This document shows positions 44,247 to 53,288 of a stretch of DNA of 64,000 nt, in pieces. Below the pieces are notes generated by a model. The model saw only the letters and a list, made by a program, of their open reading frames with translations, was not told the DNA's origin and ran no database searches. The DNA comes from Polyangiales bacterium (GTDB taxonomy: Bacteria; Myxococcota_A; Polyangia; Polyangiales; Polyangiaceae): contig JBBRNJ010000010.1 in assembly GCA_038230375.1 (NCBI GenBank), forward strand, positions 32,001-96,000, given 5' to 3'. Both the position numbers and the translations under genes were made by a program. The stretch's first letter is position 1. Each line of letters begins with the position of its first letter.

Positions 44247-46060
44247 GACGGGTCCTCCGCGTTCTTGCGACGCTTGGGGGTCACCGTCTCGCGCCGCGTA
44301 CGCGCAGCCAGGTAGCCGATCGGCAGCAAGAGCCAGAAGAGCGTTGTGGCGGGGCCGAATGGCGGAGTGCCCTTGGGCTCGTCCGCGGTCGCGCATGCGC
44401 CGCCGTTCGCTCCAGGTCCGTCGAGAGTCTCGTCGAGCGCGTCGTCGGGGGCGTTCGGATCCGTGAGCCCGCCGCGATGACTCTTCGTGTCCACGGGGTG
44501 ACTGGGATCGACCTTCCGTCCGCCGCCCAGCGCGCCTGCGCCGGCCTCCTCGAACGCGTAGATGTCCTCCGAGTGACCGTTGTCCACGCGTCGCGCGCCC
44601 TTCGGCGTTCCAGAGTCCGTGGTGCTGGTTCCCCCGTCGTCGAAGAAGCCGCCGCTGCCGCCGCTGCTTCCGCTTCCGCTGCAGCTACCGCAGCCGCCGG
44701 AGCTCTTGGTGTTGCCGCCGGACTGGTATCCGCTGCTGCCGTAGCCAGAGGAGGAGCCGCCCGAGGTGCGCGTGTCCGACCCGCAGCCGGAGCACGTGGT
44801 GCAGCCAGAGCAAGACGTGCACGACGCGCCGCTCGAGCCGCCCGAGCACCGTCCGTTGCTGCACGCGGAGCCCACGGCGCTGCACGAAGAGCCGCACGCC
44901 TTGAACGGGTCCTGGCAGCCCTCGATCTTGACGTTGAACGAGAGATCGAAGCCGGCGTCCAGGCCGAACGGAGTGCCGGACAGACAGAGGTCGAGCGCGC
45001 GCACGCAGCGATCGTCCGTGACGAAGATGTCGGCGCTCACGAGCATGTTGGAGGAGATGTTGACGGACGTCTCCACGCTGAGCCCGGCTGGCAGGCTGCA
45101 GTTCTCCTTGGCCACGCAGCTCGCGACCGTGCAGACGTCGAGCAGCGCCATGGCGCAGAGCTCCTGCACGCGGCCGTAGATGAGCGGGCCGCCCGCGTAG
45201 ACGGGCTTCTGTCCGCCGCCGAGCAGGTACGTGCACTCGCTCTTTCCGTCGGGGTAGTCGGAGAGCGTCGCGTGGTCGTCGCAGCTTCCGCCGGCGAGGC
45301 ACGTTGCGCAGCGGCCCTGCACGTCGCCCACGCACTGGTTGAGCGTGTCGTAGAGATGATACGGGTTGCCGCGAAGCGACTGTGGCAAGACGAACGACAC
45401 GCCGCCCTGCGCTGCGTTCGTCGCGGCCGCATTGCGCACGGGCTCGCGGGCTGCCATGGCAACGAGCCACGCAGCGTTCACGTAGACCACGTCGTCGATC
45501 GCGACGGCAGCCATGGGCCAGCGCGTGACACGCATCACGCGGCGGGCGTGGGTGTCCACGAGCATCCGCGAGATGACCCGACCCGCGGCGCCCTCGAGCG
45601 CGCGCGTCTCGTCGTTTCGGGTGACGGTGGGAACGTCACCTTCGATCGGCGGTAGCGCGGGCGGCGTGGGCTTTGCGCTCGCGTCCGGCTCGGAGAACGA
45701 TCGAGTGTGAGCGACGAGCCGGCCCTTCGCGACCGTGACGTCCGCCGCGAGCAGGCAGTCCTTGTCCTGCACCGCCCGTGCGTCGTCGATGGCGCGCACC
45801 TCTTCGGCGGGCGTGATGGCACCCGCGCCCTCCGTCTCCTCCGTCACGGCCTGGGACTCGAGCGCGCCCTTGAACTTGTCGGCGAGCGCCTCCTTCGATT
45901 CGGCGGGCAGCTCCTGCACGACCGCGGGGTCTGCACCCAGCGCGTCGCGCATGGACAGCTCTGCGAGCGGCGGCGGAGAATCCGAGCACGCCTCGGTCGC
46001 CGTGATCGCGCACGCCGCGCCAAAGAGGGCCATCGCGGCCTTCGCGCGCGCCCAGCTCAT
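44243..46060 (-). CDS. Cys-rich lipoprotein with MYXO-CTERM-like tail
   Basis: SD GGAGG; TEA|C lipobox-like site; Cys/Ser/Gly-rich region; GGAC...TM...RTRR; ATGA overlap with the Lgt gene. Confidence 0.82.
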   Translation of the reverse strand: MSWARAKAAMALFGAACAITATEACSDSPPPLAELSMRDALGADPAVVQELPAESKEALADKFKGALESQAVTEETEGAGAITPAEEVRAIDDARAVQDKDCLLAADVTVAKGRLVAHTRSFSEPDASAKPTPPALPPIEGDVPTVTRNDETRALEGAAGRVISRMLVDTHARRVMRVTRWPMAAVAIDDVVYVNAAWLVAMAAREPVRNAAATNAAQGGVSFVLPQSLRGNPYHLYDTLNQCVGDVQGRCATCLAGGSCDDHATLSDYPDGKSECTYLLGGGQKPVYAGGPLIYGRVQELCAMALLDVCTVASCVAKENCSLPAGLSVETSVNISSNMLVSADIFVTDDRCVRALDLCLSGTPFGLDAGFDLSFNVKIEGCQDPFKACGSSCSAVGSACSNGRCSGGSSGASCTSCSGCTTCSGCGSDTRTSGGSSSGYGSSGYQSGGNTKSSGGCGSCSGSGSSGGSGGFFDDGGTSTTDSGTPKGARRVDNGHSEDIYAFEEAGAGALGGGRKVDPSHPVDTKSHRGGLTDPNAPDDALDETLDGPGANGGACATADEPKGTPPFGPATTLFWLLLPIGYLAARTRRETVTPKRRKNAEDPS

Positions 46061-46134
46061 CGACCCCTCCGCATGTCCGAGGAAACCTACCATCATCAGT
46101 GGACGCTCGCGCTCGGTTTTGCGATACCTCCGGA

Positions 46135-46695
46135 ATGCGAAACATCCTCCTCGCAGCCGGCCTCGCTGGCGTCGCTGGCGTCGCTGGCCTCCTCGGCTGC
46201 AAGTCCGAGCCCGACAGGGACGTCTCGAAGCGAAAGCAGATCGAGCAGGTCGTCCAGGTCGAGGCGATCCAGAACGTCTCTGCGAAGTTTCGGATGAAGA
46301 TCCCCGAAGGCTTCGTGGACGGACGCTCGATGGGCATGACGTTCGTCTCCGAGCAGGGCCTGCTGGGCCCCACGATCCACCTTGCTCTACGCATCGACTC
46401 GAGCGTGCCGAAGGATGCGGTCGACGCGATGAAGTACAACGATCAGAGCGAGATCTCGTTCGCGAATCGCGCTCTTCCGGATGGCTTCGTGGTCACCAAC
46501 ACCCCGAAGAAGGGCGACACGAACTACTACACGGTGGCCGTGCGCAGCATCCCCGGGCTGCCGACCCTGCGGTCCGGGACCAAGCTCGTGTTCCTGTGCG
46601 AGGTCACGTACGGCGGAGCGAAGGAGCTGCACCGTGAGAAGGAGCTCGTTGCGTGGATGGAGTCGCTGTGCACGGACGCCGCGCTCCAACCTTGA
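46135..46695 (+). CDS. Lipoprotein of unknown function
   Basis: LLGC lipobox. Confidence 0.75.
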   Translation: MRNILLAAGLAGVAGVAGLLGCKSEPDRDVSKRKQIEQVVQVEAIQNVSAKFRMKIPEGFVDGRSMGMTFVSEQGLLGPTIHLALRIDSSVPKDAVDAMKYNDQSEISFANRALPDGFVVTNTPKKGDTNYYTVAVRSIPGLPTLRSGTKLVFLCEVTYGGAKELHREKELVAWMESLCTDAALQP

Positions 46696-46712
46696 TGTAG
46701 TCTACATATTAT

Positions 46713-47474
46713 TCAGCCGCGGAGCAGGAGGCTCAGGCACGTCGCGCAGCCGTCGGCCTTGGCGAGCTCGGAGAGATCGATCCGCGTCACGGCGAAGCCC
46801 TCGCGCTCGAGGCGATCCGCGGTCTCCGCATAGGCGGCGCCAATGCATACCGTCTCGCCGACACAGACGACGTTCGCGCTCTCCGCATCCACGTTCACGC
46901 GCTCGAAGCCGGGCAGGGCGTCGTCGCGAAAAAAGCGGGGGTTCGCCAGCAACCGTCCATCCGGCAGCGCGGTGCAAGCCGTCTTCAGGTGCAGGCAACC
47001 CGTGACGGCCACGGCGCGCACGTCGTAGCCCAGCGGGCGCGCGATGTCGGCCAGCGCGGAGAGCGCCGCGGCGTTCGTCCGGCCCGACTGGCCCACGAGG
47101 ATGGTGCGGCCCGTGACGATCACGTCGCCGCCATCGATGGTCGCGGGCAGCTCCACGCGCACAACCTTTCGAAGCTTCGCGAGCGCTGGCTCCACCGCGG
47201 CCGGCTCGTTACGCCGTGAGAGCGCGCCCATGGAACAGAGGATGGCGAGCTCGTCGAGCACGATCGCCGTGTCCTCGATGAACACGCAGTCCGGGGACTC
47301 CGCGTCTGCGTCGATGACGACGACCGACGCACCAGCGGCCGCGAGCGCCGCGCGATAGGACGCGTGCTGCAGGTTCACCTTCGCGACGTCGATAGGCTCG
47401 TGCGCCACGAACGTGCGCACGGCGCCGTCCATCAAGGGCGAGGGAAGACGGGTGAGGGCAGTGATGGAGCTCAT
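46713..47474 (-). CDS. Dimethylarginine dimethylaminohydrolase (amidinotransferase fold)
   Basis: PDCVFIEDTA, SRRNE, IDGGDV, HLKTA, KADGCATCLS. Confidence 0.9.
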   Translation of the reverse strand: MSSITALTRLPSPLMDGAVRTFVAHEPIDVAKVNLQHASYRAALAAAGASVVVIDADAESPDCVFIEDTAIVLDELAILCSMGALSRRNEPAAVEPALAKLRKVVRVELPATIDGGDVIVTGRTILVGQSGRTNAAALSALADIARPLGYDVRAVAVTGCLHLKTACTALPDGRLLANPRFFRDDALPGFERVNVDAESANVVCVGETVCIGAAYAETADRLEREGFAVTRIDLSELAKADGCATCLSLLLRG

Positions 47475-47570
47475 GTCACCTTCCAAGCTACCGCGCTTTG
47501 TCGCGCTTCGCGCCCGCGGAGGCAGCGCGACACATTTGGCGGAATCTGGAGTAGGAAGCGGTGCCTCGAA

Positions 47571-48428
47571 ATGGAAGCGCACCTTGTTCCGCTCGATCGC
47601 GATCATCCCGGGTTCCGTGACGTCGCCTATCGACGGCGCCGCGACGCGATCGCACGTCAGGCGGAGGTGCATGTCGCCGGCGATCCGCCTCCGCATGTAG
47701 AATACACGGATGAGGAGCACGCGGTGTGGCGCGCGGCCCTGGTTGCGCTCGCTCCGCTGCACGCGCGATACGCGTGCGCGAGCTATCGCACGGGGTGGGA
47801 AGACGCGGCGTTGCCGAGCGACCACGTGCCGCAGCTACAGACCGTGGGCGCGCGCCTCTCCTCACTCACGTCGTTCCAGTACCAGCCCGTCTCTGGCCTG
47901 GTGACGCCTCGCCTGTTCATGGAGCGCCTGGATGACCGCTTCTTCCTGTCCACCCAGTACATGCGCCATCACTCGATGCCGCTCTACACACCGGAGCCCG
48001 ACGTCATCCACGAGCTCGTCGGGCACGCGCCGCTCCTGGCCACGCGCGCGCACGCGGATCTCAATCGGCTCTTCGGGCGCGTGACCAAGGTCTGCGACGA
48101 CGAGGCGGTGTTGCGGCTCATCCGCCTCTACTGGTACGGGCTCGAGTTCGGACTCGCGCGCGAAGGCGGCGAGCTACGCGCGGTCGGCGCCGGGCTGCTG
48201 TCGTCGTTCGGTGAGCTCGGCAGGTTCGAGGCCTCCGCGAAGCTCGAGCCGTTCGACGTCGACGTGATTGCTCGCACGCCGTTCGATCCGACCTCGTACC
48301 AGTCGACGCTCTTCGTCGCCGACTCCGAGGACGCGCTCCTGTCCGCGCTGGAATCCGCGCTGGAATCGGCGCTGGAATCCGCGCTGGAATCGGCGGGGCA
48401 ATCGGCGCTAGATACCGCCGGTAGCTGA
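47571..48428 (+). CDS. phhA: Phenylalanine 4-monooxygenase
   Basis: DHPGFRD..YRRRR, TQYMRH...YTPEPDVIHELVGH, YWYGLEFGL, GAGLLSSFGEL. Confidence 0.93.
   Translation: MEAHLVPLDRDHPGFRDVAYRRRRDAIARQAEVHVAGDPPPHVEYTDEEHAVWRAALVALAPLHARYACASYRTGWEDAALPSDHVPQLQTVGARLSSLTSFQYQPVSGLVTPRLFMERLDDRFFLSTQYMRHHSMPLYTPEPDVIHELVGHAPLLATRAHADLNRLFGRVTKVCDDEAVLRLIRLYWYGLEFGLAREGGELRAVGAGLLSSFGELGRFEASAKLEPFDVDVIARTPFDPTSYQSTLFVADSEDALLSALESALESALESALESAGQSALDTAGS
48345..48392 (+). repeat. 12-bp in-frame tandem repeat (ALES x4) in the phhA tail
   Basis: GCGCTGGAATC[CG] x4. Confidence 0.9.
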
Positions 48429-48479
48429 TCTTCGTGGTGTTTGAGCGGGCCCTTCTGGGGCTATCATGGGCGATCCACG

Positions 48480-50615
48480 ATGGATGACAGGCGCGATCCC
48501 AGGCCCGAGGGCGAACCGGCAAGCAAGCGTGTCGAGGTGATCGAGAGCCGCAACGCGGCCACGAGCGCCGTGCTCGATCTGAAGCGAGAGCTGATCCGGC
48601 TCACGGAGCGAGCTCAGGTCGTCGAGTCCTCGCTGACGGTGGAGCGACGTCAGCGCGGCGAAGCGCTCGCCGAGGTCGAGACCCACAAGGGGCGCGAGGC
48701 CGCCGCACAGGAGCGCGCGAAGGCCGCCGAGGAGCGCGCGAAGGCCGCCGAGGAGCGGACGAAGATCGCCGAGGTGCGCGCGAAGACCTCGGAGGGGCGG
48801 TCTCGAACGGCCGAAGATCGCGCGAAGATGACCGAGGACCGCGCGAACGCCGCGATCGAGCGCGCGAAGAAGGCGGAGGACCGCGCGAAGGCGAGCGAGG
48901 ACCAGGCGAAGGTCGCCGAGGACGAGGCCCGTGCCGCCGAGGAGCGGGCGATCACCGCGGAGGAGCACGCGAAGGTCTCGCACGAGCGCGCGAAGGCCGC
49001 CGAGGAGCGTGCGATCACCGCGGAGGAGCGCGCAAAGGCCACCGAGGAGCGCGCGCGGGCAACCGAGGAACGCGCGAAGGCCGCGGAGGAGCGCGCGAAG
49101 GCATCCGAGGACCGCGCCAAGGCTGCGGAGGACCGCGCAAGGGCCACCGACGTGCTCGCGAGGGCCGCGGAGGCGTTCGCCATGGAAGCGGAGGACCGCG
49201 CAAAGGCGGCCGAGCAGCAAGCCGAGGCAGAGAAGGAGAGGGCGGACGCATCGGAGGCCGCGGAGGCGGCGATAAGCCGCAACCTCCTCGAGCTCCACGA
49301 TGAAGTGAAGACGGCGTTCTCGCGCATTCCCTCGTTCGCGCCGCCGCCGCCGAGCGCAACGGAGACCGCGGTCGATCAGCTCGGCGTGGAGGACATCCCC
49401 GGCCCCGCTGCCATGCCGCGGATGTCGCGCTCGAAGCCACCGTCGCAAGCGCCCTCGCAACCATTGCGCCCGCTCTCCCAGCCTCCGTCAATCCCATCCC
49501 CCGCATCGCAGCCGCCGTCGGAGCCACCGAAGAAGGTGGTGGAGCCTGACCCGTTTCCTTCCATCAGACCTCCGCCGCCGGCGATCTACTCCAGTCCGCC
49601 GCCGCCTCAGCGGCTCCCTCCACCGCCCACTCCGCGACCGAAGCTGCGCTCGAATCCGCCCGACGCCACGCCAGCAGCGCCTGGGGTGCAGACCGTTGCG
49701 CGCGCCGTGACGCCGCGTCCGCCGCCCGTCGTACTGGACGTGCCGGTCGCCATGGGCTCCGTCGATCCGCCGATCGTGACGGCGCCGTCCATGTCGCGCT
49801 CCACGCCGGAGCTCGCCTCCCTGGATGACGAGTGGTCGAAGCCGATGCTGCTGGATATGCCTCTGCCGGTGCGGCAGGAGCGAGACGCATTGCTGCGTGA
49901 GCTCTCGGATCCAGAGAGCGCGCTCGCGGCCGTTGTCGCGCTCAAGGGGCGCGACTGGCTGAGAGGTCTCCCGCCCGAGTCGCTCGTGAACGACCTTGCC
50001 GCCATCGACTACGACGACGAGTGTGCGGTGTTCGAGATCGCGCGCGGGTGGGAGCGTGGGGCCATGTCCCAGTCGGTCGTCATTCATCTCCAGGCCGAGA
50101 CCGACGGCAAGCGCCGCGAGCACGACGCGTGGCTCGTGCAGCATCTTGGCGCCGCGACGGATTGCCAGGCGATCTGCGACATCGCGGTGCGACGAGAAGA
50201 GGCGACGGCCACGCGAATCTGGCTCCTCAAGGCGCTGGCGCGGCTGGCTGCGGCGCACTCGATCGACTGGCAGGAGTTGCTCACACCCATGATGATCATT
50301 GCGTTCGACCCCGACGCGACGATTCGCGATGGCGCGACGGCGGTGATCGATGCGCTGCCCAAGGGCGACGAGAAGCGCCGCATTCTCCTGGATATCCTGC
50401 GCAAGGACGATGACGAGAACGTCCTGTCGCGCGCGATCCAGGCCATCGGGGGCACGTTGCCCATCGAGATCGGAACCGCTCTGGCGGAGCGCCTCCTCAG
50501 CCACCGCAGCCCGCGCGTACAGGACGCCGTACGCGACCTCATTGCGCTTGCGCGCGCGCGTCGGTCCCAGATGCCGCCACCTCGCGGCAGCATGCCGCCC
50601 GGCTCCAGCAGCTAG
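48480..50615 (+). CDS. Coiled-coil heptad-repeat + Pro-rich + HEAT-like protein
   Basis: More than 20 AEERAKA-type heptads (21-bp repeats, ~48700-49215); Pro-rich linker; helical repeats such as DPDATIR and HRSPRVQ. Confidence 0.8.
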   Translation: MDDRRDPRPEGEPASKRVEVIESRNAATSAVLDLKRELIRLTERAQVVESSLTVERRQRGEALAEVETHKGREAAAQERAKAAEERAKAAEERTKIAEVRAKTSEGRSRTAEDRAKMTEDRANAAIERAKKAEDRAKASEDQAKVAEDEARAAEERAITAEEHAKVSHERAKAAEERAITAEERAKATEERARATEERAKAAEERAKASEDRAKAAEDRARATDVLARAAEAFAMEAEDRAKAAEQQAEAEKERADASEAAEAAISRNLLELHDEVKTAFSRIPSFAPPPPSATETAVDQLGVEDIPGPAAMPRMSRSKPPSQAPSQPLRPLSQPPSIPSPASQPPSEPPKKVVEPDPFPSIRPPPPAIYSSPPPPQRLPPPPTPRPKLRSNPPDATPAAPGVQTVARAVTPRPPPVVLDVPVAMGSVDPPIVTAPSMSRSTPELASLDDEWSKPMLLDMPLPVRQERDALLRELSDPESALAAVVALKGRDWLRGLPPESLVNDLAAIDYDDECAVFEIARGWERGAMSQSVVIHLQAETDGKRREHDAWLVQHLGAATDCQAICDIAVRREEATATRIWLLKALARLAAAHSIDWQELLTPMMIIAFDPDATIRDGATAVIDALPKGDEKRRILLDILRKDDDENVLSRAIQAIGGTLPIEIGTALAERLLSHRSPRVQDAVRDLIALARARRSQMPPPRGSMPPGSSS

Positions 50616-50621
50616 TTCGCC

Positions 50622-51431
50622 ATGACCGTCACCCTGACGATCCGCTTGCCCCCTCCGCGAATGCCGGCGTGGTACCCGCCGCAGGATCCTGCCGCGCCTC
50701 ATGTCTACGAGCTGGGCGAATCCCAGATGAAGTTCGTGCAGCGCGTGCTGCTGCGCGCCGGCGTCCTTGCAGGGCCTGACAACTTCGACGGCTCCGTCGA
50801 GAGCTGTGGTGCGATCGCACGTGCGCTCAGAGGGCTCGTTGGCGACACACGCGAAGGTGGCGCGTTCGATGAGCTCCACACCGAGTCGATGCGAAACGAT
50901 CTGTTTCACTTCGGAGCCTTCAACGCCGTCGCGGCCGACTGCGACGGCTACGAGGTCGCCGGTGACGTGCCGGACGTCCCGGAGAGCGAAGCCGGGAACG
51001 AGAATGGCGACGACGACAACGACGAAGAGCTGGAGCCGTTCCTCGACTGGGCCGCACTGCGAGCATGGGCCGCCGAGAGCTACGAGATCGAGGACGAGGG
51101 AGGAGACATCTTCTCGTTCGTGGTGGACTGGACGGACACCGAGCGGACGCAGCGCGTGGTCGTGCGCCCAGCGACGGTCCAGGACGAGATGTGTGCCGTC
51201 TTCGCGAGCTTCGTTGCGCGCAAGGATCAGGTGGACCCCTGGCTCTTGCTGTCACGCAACCTGACGGACGCGTTCGCCACGTTCGGTCTGGACGATGAAG
51301 GGCGCGTCCTTCTCACCTGCACATTCCCCGTCGCCGTGCTGGCCCCCGGGCGATTTCACGCGATCGTGGACGTGCTTGCGGCTCGCGCGGACGACGCCGA
51401 GCACGAATTCACGGACGCCGACGAGTTCTGA
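50622..51431 (+). CDS. Hypothetical protein with YbjN/T3SS-chaperone-like C-terminal domain
   Basis: RTQRVVV...LL.RN...ADDAEHEFTDADEF. Confidence 0.7.
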   Translation: MTVTLTIRLPPPRMPAWYPPQDPAAPHVYELGESQMKFVQRVLLRAGVLAGPDNFDGSVESCGAIARALRGLVGDTREGGAFDELHTESMRNDLFHFGAFNAVAADCDGYEVAGDVPDVPESEAGNENGDDDNDEELEPFLDWAALRAWAAESYEIEDEGGDIFSFVVDWTDTERTQRVVVRPATVQDEMCAVFASFVARKDQVDPWLLLSRNLTDAFATFGLDDEGRVLLTCTFPVAVLAPGRFHAIVDVLAARADDAEHEFTDADEF

Positions 51432-51436
51432 ACACC

Positions 51437-52117
51437 ATGCGCGCGCTCAGCACGGGCCAGTGGGAAGAAGAGGTCTTGGGCGACCTGCGCTACCGCGTGC
51501 TCTTGCCCCACGACTACTCGCCCGCGCGCAAGTACCCCCTCGTGGTGTTCCTCCACGGCAGCGGCGAGCGTGGCAGCGACAACGTCGCGCAGCTCACCAA
51601 GGGCGTTGGGGCCTTCAACACCAAGCACGTTCGCTCGCGCTTTCCGTGCATCGTCGTTGCGCCGCAGGCACCGGGCGGCGGCTCGTTCGGCGGGGCGTGG
51701 TACCCCGGGCTCTGGGCCACGCAGGACGCAGTGGCGCGACTCACGCGCGAGCTCGCGGGGCGACGCACCGTCGATCGCAGTCGGATGTACCTGGCAGGGC
51801 TCTCCATGGGCGCCATCGGCGGCTGGGAGCTCCTGGTGCGCCACCCGGAGCTCTTCGCGGCGGCGATGCTCGTGTGTGGTGAGCCGAAGGTCGGGTGGGC
51901 GGAAGCGCTCGCCGGCATTCCGGTCTGGGCGTTCCACGGCTCCGCGGACGACGTGGTGCCCGTGGAGCCAGCCAAGGCGCTGTGCGAGGAGCTCACGCGC
52001 CGCGGCAGTCCCGTGAAGTGGACGGAGTACGCGGGCGTGGGGCACAGCTCGTGGGACCGCGCCTTCGGCGAAGCGGCGGTCTACGAGTGGCTCTTCGCCC
52101 ATAGGCGCGGCGCGTGA
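51437..52117 (+). CDS. alpha/beta hydrolase (carboxylesterase/peptidase)
   Basis: YPLVVFLHGSGERGSDN, GLSMG, FHGSADDVVP, GHSSW. Confidence 0.92.
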   Translation: MRALSTGQWEEEVLGDLRYRVLLPHDYSPARKYPLVVFLHGSGERGSDNVAQLTKGVGAFNTKHVRSRFPCIVVAPQAPGGGSFGGAWYPGLWATQDAVARLTRELAGRRTVDRSRMYLAGLSMGAIGGWELLVRHPELFAAAMLVCGEPKVGWAEALAGIPVWAFHGSADDVVPVEPAKALCEELTRRGSPVKWTEYAGVGHSSWDRAFGEAAVYEWLFAHRRGA

Positions 52118-52176
52118 ACGCGCTTCAGTGCTCGATCCTCACGACGCTCAAAGATGGCAGCTCGCTCGAAGGTCAC

Positions 52177-52438
52177 TCACTGCGCGGCTGCCCTTTCGGC
52201 AACCGGGTTCTCGGTCGCGTGGAAGACGCGCGTGGTCGGAAAGGCCAGGTGCACGTCGGGCAACGCTTCGATGGCCGCGAGCACGAACTCCCACATGTCC
52301 CCGCGATGATGCTCGCGAGACGCGGCGCACCAGGGCATAGGCGAGCAAGACGACGATGGACAGCAGGATGCGCCACGCCAGCGGCGACGTACCGAACGTC
52401 GTGTGGAATGCCTCTTCGGCGCGGGTGAACGGGTTCAA
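52177..52438 (-). pseudogene. Internally deleted MscS-like gene
   Basis: N-terminal TM (WRILLSIVVLLAYALVRR) joined out of frame to MWEFVLAAIEALPDVHLAFPTTRVF, which resembles an MscS C-terminus. Confidence 0.55.
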
Positions 52439-52707
52439 GACTCCTCCTCTTTGGCCTTGGCCTTGCCCTTCTCGCCGTCCTCGTCACGACCGACCTCGCG
52501 CGCGGAGCCGAACATCGAGAAGCCGCCCGCGATGGCCGCGATGCCCATGAGCGGGAGCATCAGGTACACGAGCGCGTCCCCAGCGCGTTCGTTCTTGTGG
52601 AGGTGGGTCATCCGGTAGCAACCCGCGCCGCCAAACCCGAGCCCCGCGCAGATGAACACGACGCCTCCGACCCACATCGTGTAGCGACCCCCGCCCATTC
52701 CAGCCAT
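52435..52707 (-). CDS. Small 2-TM membrane protein
   Basis: Two hydrophobic helices; TAGACT-N6-ATG. Confidence 0.7.
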   Translation of the reverse strand: MAGMGGGRYTMWVGGVVFICAGLGFGGAGCYRMTHLHKNERAGDALVYLMLPLMGIAAIAGGFSMFGSAREVGRDEDGEKGKAKAKEEES

Positions 52708-52784
52708 GGAGACAGTCTACCTCTGGAAGCGGGCGCCCAGTGATCGCAACGCGCACGTCGTTTTCGCGTAGGCTCGGAATCGCG

Positions 52785-53270
52785 ATGGTAGCTCTCACGT
52801 CAAAGACCCAGCGTGCCGTCTGCGCCCTCGCCCTGCTCTCGCTCACGAGCTGCGACCCGCTCGTCGGAGTGAGCCTGCGGATCAATGTGCCTGCCGCCAC
52901 GCAGGCCGCGTACAGCGGTGGCTACCCCGCGGAGGTCGTCGTGTTGTACCACCGCAGCGGGATGATCGGCGAGATCGAGTACTACCGCGTGGGCGTGCTC
53001 TGCGAGGCGACCCCGCAGCCGATCACGTTCAAGGCAGGCTTCGGCGGAATCGGCTGCGCGGACGAGAAGCCCGTGAAGGCCTGGATCCTCCCGCTCGGAC
53101 CGGGTGACAAGCGGGCGTGCGGACAGAGTCCGGAGCCCGAGCGCCTCCTCGACAAGCAGGTATCGGAGAAGCCGTGGGGCGAGGCGGTGGTGTTTCCAGG
53201 GGTGAAGAACAGCTGCGGCAACCGCGAGACCGAGGTCGACGTGAACCTCACCGCACCCGCCCAGAAGTAG
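52785..53270 (+). CDS. Lipoprotein of unknown function
   Basis: LTSC lipobox; four further Cys. Confidence 0.75.
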   Translation: MVALTSKTQRAVCALALLSLTSCDPLVGVSLRINVPAATQAAYSGGYPAEVVVLYHRSGMIGEIEYYRVGVLCEATPQPITFKAGFGGIGCADEKPVKAWILPLGPGDKRACGQSPEPERLLDKQVSEKPWGEAVVFPGVKNSCGNRETEVDVNLTAPAQK

Positions 53271-53288
53271 GGTGCGGGCCGAGCTGCG

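Noticed and set aside
52433..52450. Third copy of the 31214 repeat (reverse complement, 16/18)
   Set aside because: Explained by SD + TTGA stop/start overlap; probably convergent.
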